Below, piece by piece: positions 59,219-64,000 of a stretch of DNA of 64,000 nucleotides. The stretch's first letter is position 1; each line of letters begins with the position of its first letter. The notes under the pieces were generated by a model. The model worked only from the letters and a program-made list of their open reading frames with translations, was not told the DNA's origin and searched no databases. This stretch comes from Asterias rubens (Eukaryota): positions 62,001 through 126,000 of the forward strand of contig NC_047067.1 in NCBI RefSeq assembly GCF_902459465.1. Direction: 5' to 3'. The translations under genes were made by a program, and so were the position numbers.

Positions 59219-62200
59219 TCATTTTATCACAGCATGCAAAAGAAAGATCTCATTTTCCTTTGTGCCGGTAACTCCTCGAGCCGGGCTACGTCCCGTAGCC
59301 TTAGATCTCAAGGGTCTTTCTCAGGATCCTCGCTGTTCCCAAAAGCGCTGCCTTCTGTAATAGATCTACCCTCACATTTGTCCCTATTTCATCTAGATGT
59401 TTCCCCAGTGCTTTGGGAATGGTGCCAAGTGCTCCAACCACCACGGGGACTACTTTTACCTTTACCTGCCAAATCTTACGAAGTTCCCTGGCCAGGTCCT
59501 GGTACTTCTCGATCTTTTCCATCTCCTTCGAAGCTACCCTTATATCACCTGGCACCGCTATGTCAATGAGATGACACATCTTCTTCGTCTTATCTAATAG
59601 CACAACATCCGGACGCCTATGTTGTATAACATGATCGGTCTGAATGTTAAAGTCCCATAGGATCTTGACCTGGTCGTTCTCTACAACTTTCTCCGGAACA
59701 TGGTCATACCATTTCGCAAGTACTTTGACACCATACTTCTTACACAGATCCCAGTGAATCACCTTGGCCAGCTTGTCATGTCTTCCTTTGTACTCCGTCT
59801 GGGCCATCTTACTGCATTCGCTAACAATATGAAATACAGTCTCCTCTGCTTTATTGCACATTCTACACATAGGAGAGACGTTTGCTTTCTCTATCCTTGC
59901 CTTCATTACATTTGTCCTTAGAGACTGGTCTTGCGCCGCAGTAATCAAGCCCTCTGTTTCCTTCTTTAGTTCTCCACTCTTTAACCAATTCCATGACTTG
60001 CTGCTGGCCACTTCCTCAGTACACCTCAAGAACCGGCCATGAAGTGGTTTGTTCCTCCAATCTTGATGTCTTTCCTCCTTCCTTTCCCTCTTGTACTCTT
60101 TCGGCCCAACTTCGTCTGCCCTCGTGTACCTTTGTGCAACTTTCAACAAGCTCTCCTCGGTCCTCCTGACATGACAATGCAAGCTTCTTCGCTCGATGTT
60201 AACACTGTCCGCCACGCTAAGCAACCCCCTTCCGCCCTCTGACCTCGGAAGATAGAGTCTACTAACATTTGACCGCGGGTGTAGCATGCCATGCATGGTC
60301 ATTAGTTTTCTTGTCCTCCTGTCAGTGACATCTAGATCTTCCTTAGTCCACTCGACAATACCCGCACTGTACCTCATCAAAGACACGGCCCATGTGTTAA
60401 TCGCCTTAATCATGTTCCCCCCGTTTAGTTTAGACTTCAAACATTTCTTTACACGCCTGATGTATTCTGCCTTCAGCCTTACCTTTGATTCCTTGTGAAG
60501 GACATGGTCCGATTCAAGTACACCAAGATACCGATAACTCTCCTCCTCACCCAAAGCCCTCAACTGTGCACCATCTGGCAGAGCAATGCCATCGGAATGT
60601 ACCCTCTTCCCCCTCTTCATGGACATTGAAGCACATTTCTCCAGACCGAACTGCATCCCAATGTCATCACTGAAAATCCTGACGGTCTGCACCAAAGAGT
60701 CGATCTCGGCCTCATTCTTCGCAAACAACTTCAAATCGTCCATAAAAAGCAGATGGTTGATCTTACATCCGTCCTTCTTCATTACATAACCTGCACTCAC
60801 CTTCCTTAGAATCATCGACAGGGGCATCATCGCAAGAACAAACAGCAGCGGAGACAGAGAGTCACCTTGGAAAATACCTCTTCTTATGCATACCTTGCCC
60901 AGATTATCATCGTTGGCTGTCAGATTTGTTCGCCACGTCTTCATGCTCTCACCTAAAAGACGTTTTACTGCATCAGCCACTCCAACCATATCCAGACATT
61001 CCATTATCCATGTGTGCGATACCATGTCATACGCCTTCTTGTAGTCAATCCACGCCATTGCCAAATTAGTCTTTCTGCTCCTGCAGTCCTTCAGTACAGC
61101 CTTATCGATGATAAGTTGATCCTTCGTACCTCTGGACCGCTTCTTACAGCCTTTCTGCTCCTCCGGAAACAACTGCTGGTCATCCATATGGCGATATAGG
61201 TCTTCTGCAATCATACTGGTCAAGAGTTTATACATCACAGGTAAGCACGTGATTGGTCTATAATTACTGGCAATGTTACCTTTCTTGACATCCTTCATGA
61301 TCAGCACTGTTTTTGCCTCAGTCATCCAAGATGGGACCTTACCCTGTACTAGACAGTCTTGCAATTGTAGGGCCATTCGCTCATGCAAACTACGGAAGTT
61401 CTTCAACCAGTACCCATGCACATGGTCCATACCCGGGGCTTTCCAATTTGGCACCTTCTTTATCTGTCTCTTAACCTTGTCCACGTCAATCTGGAACCCT
61501 TCTTGCTGTTGTACCCCTCTCAATTCATCTTTCACATCTGTTAGCCATTCCGCTTGTCGGTTGTGTTTTACTGGTTTGTCCCAAATACCACCCCAGAAAG
61601 TTTTTGCCTCTGTTGGTCTCGGAACCGCTTGCGTGCTGTCAGCCTTCCCATCCAATTCCTTAAACAACTGACGCTGATTGGTGTTAAATAATCTATTCTG
61701 GTGAAATTGTCTAACCCTGTCGTCATACCTCTTCACTTTTGCAGCCTTAGCCTTAACCCTTTGCTTAATCTCCTCTATTACAACACTCACACCCTTACGT
61801 TTGACGTTGTACTTTGTCATAATTGTATTCCTTAAGTCTGAACTATTCAATAAACCCTTATTCATTTGTTCTATTCTACTGAGATCTCTTCGCAAATCTT
61901 TAATTTGACCCTCCAGCCGACGTTTCCACCATGGTGTACTGTTCCCTTGTTGAGACACCTCTACCCCTAACTTTTCCCCTACTACAACTGCCCCTGCAAA
62001 AATAAGACGGTTAGTTTCCGATAAATTATCCGTACTTACCGACCCAAGGACTTTACTTACCACGGCTGACATTTCTGTCAGCCTTTTCCTTGGGACCCGG
62101 CGCAAAGCTGGAATACTCCACCCGTTTGACCCCTTCGCCGCTTCCATCACCTCTTGAAGCCTAGCCTTAATCTGCACTTCCTCCTCCGTGAACTCTACGC

Positions 62201-63978
62201 CCTCCTCATCGTCGATGCCATCATCATCCTGACCATTTCGCAACCCTGGCTGGTTCACCTCATCTTCACTCTGTGAGCTAGCAGCAGCCGCCTCCTCCGG
62301 TATTTGGTGGTTAACAATATCTGTTCCATCACTTTCAGCTTGTACTATCCTCCTCATCTCCTCAATTTCCACATTGGTTAACCACTGGTTCCGTTTGATA
62401 GTACTTATCTGGTCTGCAAGCCGCTGCTCACTAATCTCAAACATTCCTTTATCTTGCCATAGGCTTATCATTCTCCTTCTGTATCCTCTCTTGTCCGGTT
62501 CACTCTTAATATAACAGTCCATCGCAATTTTGTTATCGTTCTTACTCCATTTTCTCCTGGTTCCACCACGAATCCCGTTGTGAGCAGTTTGGATACGATC
62601 TGGTAGCACCTGCTCAGGCATACCAACCAGATCGGGTGAAGGACTTCCTCTCTGGGAGTTTGTCACTCTTTCACCGTTGAATTGATGCTCCATAGCACTC
62701 ATTATTAACATCACAAAATTGTGAGAAAGTTTATAGTTTCAGGGAGAATCACATACAGCAACGCTGTAGAATATCCAACCCTACGAAGACTTAACACTGG
62801 TTGTAATCAAGATGTTCCAAAGGACGCGGATGATGCGCGTGTCCGTTCACTGATTCAATGCACACGGTGCGGTCTACGTTGTAGAAAGTTTTCCGAATAC
62901 GAAAAAAATCCAACCTTTTTCCACCAAAAATAGCAACAAGGTGTTAACTAGTTGCCTTCAAACTTACCCTGCGGTGTCTACCAAGTAGTACCAACAAGGA
63001 GTTAACTTTTGGTGCAAAACAAACAGCGGGAAACAATATTTATCTTCTATAGAATCGAGAGCCGATCTGAAGCAGTGTTNNNNNNNNNNNNNNNNNNNNN
63101 NNNNNNNNNNNNNNNNNNNNNNNNNNNNNNNNNNNNNNNNNNNNNNNNNNNNNNNNNNNNNNNNNNNNNNNNNNNNNNNNNNNNNNNNNNNNNNNNNNNN
63201 NNNNNNNNNNNNNNNNNNNNTAATGAACCTTTTGTTTTTTCAGCATTGTGTGAAAATGCCTCATCAAGTTCTGTTTTTGTCATCTCAACATCTGCAATAG
63301 CCAATATCACCTTCATGGACAGTATGGCCTGTGAATGCCTGGCCAGTTACCACACCACAAGGGCGCTAGTCAAAGGTTGTAAAGGAGGCAAAGCCAGCAC
63401 TCTGTACTGTCAAGATCAGGTAGGAGTTATAAACCATTAAGGAAGTAGATTTACTTACTTTATTTCTTGTGCTAATGTGCCGTTACATAGACTGTTCATA
63501 GATTGGCTGAAAACATAAATCTGAAGTTTAAAGTAGTTTGTTCAATGATTTACATGGTTTGAGTAATGGCACTTAAAGAAACAAAGCTGCAAGATTTGTA
63601 CTTAAGCTTGTAAATACCAATAATTATTTAGTATTATTAATATGACTCAAGATGAAAGACTTGTGAGCAAAAACCATAACGCTGTAATGTTGCATTTATC
63701 TTCAAAAATGTAGGTAGCAACAATATTAGCCAATATGGCCGTCACAGAGCAGTGTCGAAAAGAAATAATTGAATCCGGCGGTACAAGACTCCTGGTGAGT
63801 TTCCTGAGCGCGAGGGCGCCATCATATTCAGGGAAGGAGAGTCCACAGAGTAGTGATAGCGGAGACGTTCAGCAAGCGGCTTTATTATCCTGTGAAAAGG
63901 TGCTTCAGAAAGCTGCAATTGCCTTGGCTAGATTAGCCAGGGATCAGACCAGTGCAGAACACATTCTAGATTTAGAAG
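48249..63978 (+). CDS. insc: Inscuteable homolog (armadillo-repeat spindle-orientation adaptor); 10 coding exons in the window, 3' end outside (whole-gene span)
   Basis: N-terminal LGN/Pins-binding motif DSVERWLQDLRMMTDCECMCILQGKPI; ARM-region AEAASVIAQITSP, SAIANITFMD, DQVATILANM, QKAAIALARL; all junctions GT-AG and in phase. Confidence 0.92.
48630..49006 (+). mobile_element. 5'-truncated CR1/Jockey-group LINE 3' end with (TAA)n and poly(A) tail
   Basis: RCRTKSYSSSFFPRTASLWNSLP..FKRNVN*, followed by a 3'UTR and a long A run at ~48975-49006. Confidence 0.75.
50783..50931. mobile_element. MITE (ggggtcgatttcacaaagagtta TIR family)
   Basis: TIRs with 2 mismatches, internal ctaggacta repeats; same family as the 6379 outer element. 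Confidence 0.75.
51088..51230. repeat. 22-bp minisatellite, ~6 copies
   Basis: Tandem taaaccctccaaaatccaggta. Confidence 0.95.
52018..52210 (+). mobile_element. tRNA/CORE-like SINE relic
   Basis: B-box-like ggttcaaatccc followed by ..acacttgtgcacttaaccat; related inverted relics at ~48500-48560 and ~55790-55970. Confidence 0.45.
52639..52702 (+). CDS. insc: insc coding exon 2
   Basis: (D)NIYILRQRASSISADFAKLY; cccatag| acceptor, TG|gtaagt donor; phase fits. Confidence 0.85.
53698..53821 (+). CDS. insc: insc coding exon 3
   Basis: KLDSGVWDQIHWLCLSLTIRLRTFLHDC...LFQ. Confidence 0.85.
54926..54978 (+). CDS. insc: insc coding exon 4
   Basis: QQHTVLQECARLVKHAE; catacag| acceptor, AG|gtacgc donor. 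Confidence 0.75.
55548..55662 (+). CDS. insc: insc coding exon 5
   Basis: FEGMNGTLPPAVPTLKVLSGLGKTFNGLVHMVQAILIQ. Confidence 0.85.
56022..56135 (+). CDS. insc: insc coding exon 6
   Basis: TIVKSIQDSASEYNIKIAVNSVHCLSEDGNEMCRLLAK; AAG|gtgagt donor. Confidence 0.9.
56851..56976 (+). CDS. insc: insc coding exon 7
   Basis: EGAIQSLLELCQQ...ALRTVANLCNVAEGRQELER. Confidence 0.9.
57016..57437. repeat. 210-bp near-perfect tandem duplication in insc intron 7
   Basis: Identical ORF starts at 57065 and 57275; only a few substitutions between the copies. Confidence 0.95.
58280..58451 (+). CDS. insc: insc coding exon 8
   Basis: ASGVEYLSEILSSPTSTESVKAEAASVIAQITSP...MEDLLKELT. Confidence 0.92.
58898..59218 (+). 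mobile_element. Short young L2 3'-end copy with (TTA)10 tail
   Basis: Near-identical (by eye) to the reverse complement of ~34963-35240; tail at 59187-59218. Confidence 0.9.
59219..62706 (-). mobile_element. R4/Dong-clade-like non-LTR retrotransposon with restriction-like endonuclease; 5' boundary uncertain
   Basis: Single long ORF, short 3'UTR, (TAA)n at the 3' junction and TAATAA next to the ORF start. Confidence 0.85.
59301..62714 (-). CDS. Retrotransposon polyprotein: Myb-like N-terminus, RT, CCHC zinc knuckle, RLE endonuclease
   Basis: Uninterrupted 1137 codons; WKAPG.D, NYRPITCL, GIFQGDSLSPLLF, LFMDD; CRMC...HIVSEC; RPD...IDIAVP...K...KY. The track starts at GTG 62714; ATGs at 62711, 62702 and 62693. 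Confidence 0.95.
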   Translation of the reverse strand: MMLIMSAMEHQFNGERVTNSQRGSPSPDLVGMPEQVLPDRIQTAHNGIRGGTRRKWSKNDNKIAMDCYIKSEPDKRGYRRRMISLWQDKGMFEISEQRLADQISTIKRNQWLTNVEIEEMRRIVQAESDGTDIVNHQIPEEAAAASSQSEDEVNQPGLRNGQDDDGIDDEEGVEFTEEEVQIKARLQEVMEAAKGSNGWSIPALRRVPRKRLTEMSAVVSKVLGSVSTDNLSETNRLIFAGAVVVGEKLGVEVSQQGNSTPWWKRRLEGQIKDLRRDLSRIEQMNKGLLNSSDLRNTIMTKYNVKRKGVSVVIEEIKQRVKAKAAKVKRYDDRVRQFHQNRLFNTNQRQLFKELDGKADSTQAVPRPTEAKTFWGGIWDKPVKHNRQAEWLTDVKDELRGVQQQEGFQIDVDKVKRQIKKVPNWKAPGMDHVHGYWLKNFRSLHERMALQLQDCLVQGKVPSWMTEAKTVLIMKDVKKGNIASNYRPITCLPVMYKLLTSMIAEDLYRHMDDQQLFPEEQKGCKKRSRGTKDQLIIDKAVLKDCRSRKTNLAMAWIDYKKAYDMVSHTWIMECLDMVGVADAVKRLLGESMKTWRTNLTANDDNLGKVCIRRGIFQGDSLSPLLFVLAMMPLSMILRKVSAGYVMKKDGCKINHLLFMDDLKLFAKNEAEIDSLVQTVRIFSDDIGMQFGLEKCASMSMKRGKRVHSDGIALPDGAQLRALGEEESYRYLGVLESDHVLHKESKVRLKAEYIRRVKKCLKSKLNGGNMIKAINTWAVSLMRYSAGIVEWTKEDLDVTDRRTRKLMTMHGMLHPRSNVSRLYLPRSEGGRGLLSVADSVNIERRSLHCHVRRTEESLLKVAQRYTRADEVGPKEYKRERKEERHQDWRNKPLHGRFLRCTEEVASSKSWNWLKSGELKKETEGLITAAQDQSLRTNVMKARIEKANVSPMCRMCNKAEETVFHIVSECSKMAQTEYKGRHDKLAKVIHWDLCKKYGVKVLAKWYDHVPEKVVENDQVKILWDFNIQTDHVIQHRRPDVVLLDKTKKMCHLIDIAVPGDIRVASKEMEKIEKYQDLARELRKIWQVKVKVVPVVVGALGTIPKALGKHLDEIGTNVRVDLLQKAALLGTARILRKTLEI
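63080..63220. other. Assembly gap (N run)
   Basis: 141 N characters. Confidence 1.
63244..63419 (+). CDS. insc: insc coding exon 9
   Basis: LCENASSSSVFVISTSAIANITFMDSMACECL...LYCQDQ. Confidence 0.92.
63714..63978 (+). CDS. insc: insc coding exon 10
   Basis: VATILANMAVTEQCRKEIIESGG...CEKVLQKAAIALARLARD; G|gtacgt donor. Confidence 0.92.
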
Positions 63979-64000
63979 GTACGTCTTGTATTTGGGTTTT

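Noticed and set aside
59397-61671. Multiple short plus-strand ORFs
   Set aside because: They are antisense shadows of the retrotransposon ORF.
63009-63440. ORFs spanning the N run
   Set aside because: Artefacts of the assembly gap; only 63244-63419 is a supported exon.

Overview
AT-rich, intron-rich animal genomic DNA, probably from an invertebrate deuterostome such as an echinoderm (inferred from protein character and repeat landscape, not proven). It holds three protein-coding loci. (1) A ~690-codon terminal exon of an uncharacterised basic, probably nuclear, protein whose gene starts left of the window (+, ~296-2357). (2) A complete NMDA-receptor GluN1 gene (grin1-like) on the minus strand, assembled by hand as 16 coding exons in consistent phase (26336->7978, 2700 nt, 899 aa). 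(3) An inscuteable (insc) gene on the plus strand, head-to-head with grin1, with 10 coding exons mapped (48249->63978) and continuing past the window end. The introns carry palindromic MITEs, LINE and SINE relics and minisatellites. One insc intron holds an uninterrupted 1137-codon R4/Dong-like retrotransposon with a restriction-like endonuclease, adjoining the (TTA)n tail of a young L2 copy. The most unusual observations are a tandem array that multiplies the grin1 exon-2 splice acceptor, two further duplications of splice junctions, and a second retroelement at the tail of both young L2 copies. No CRISPR array, rRNA or intact tRNA gene was found. There is an assembly gap at 63080-63220.
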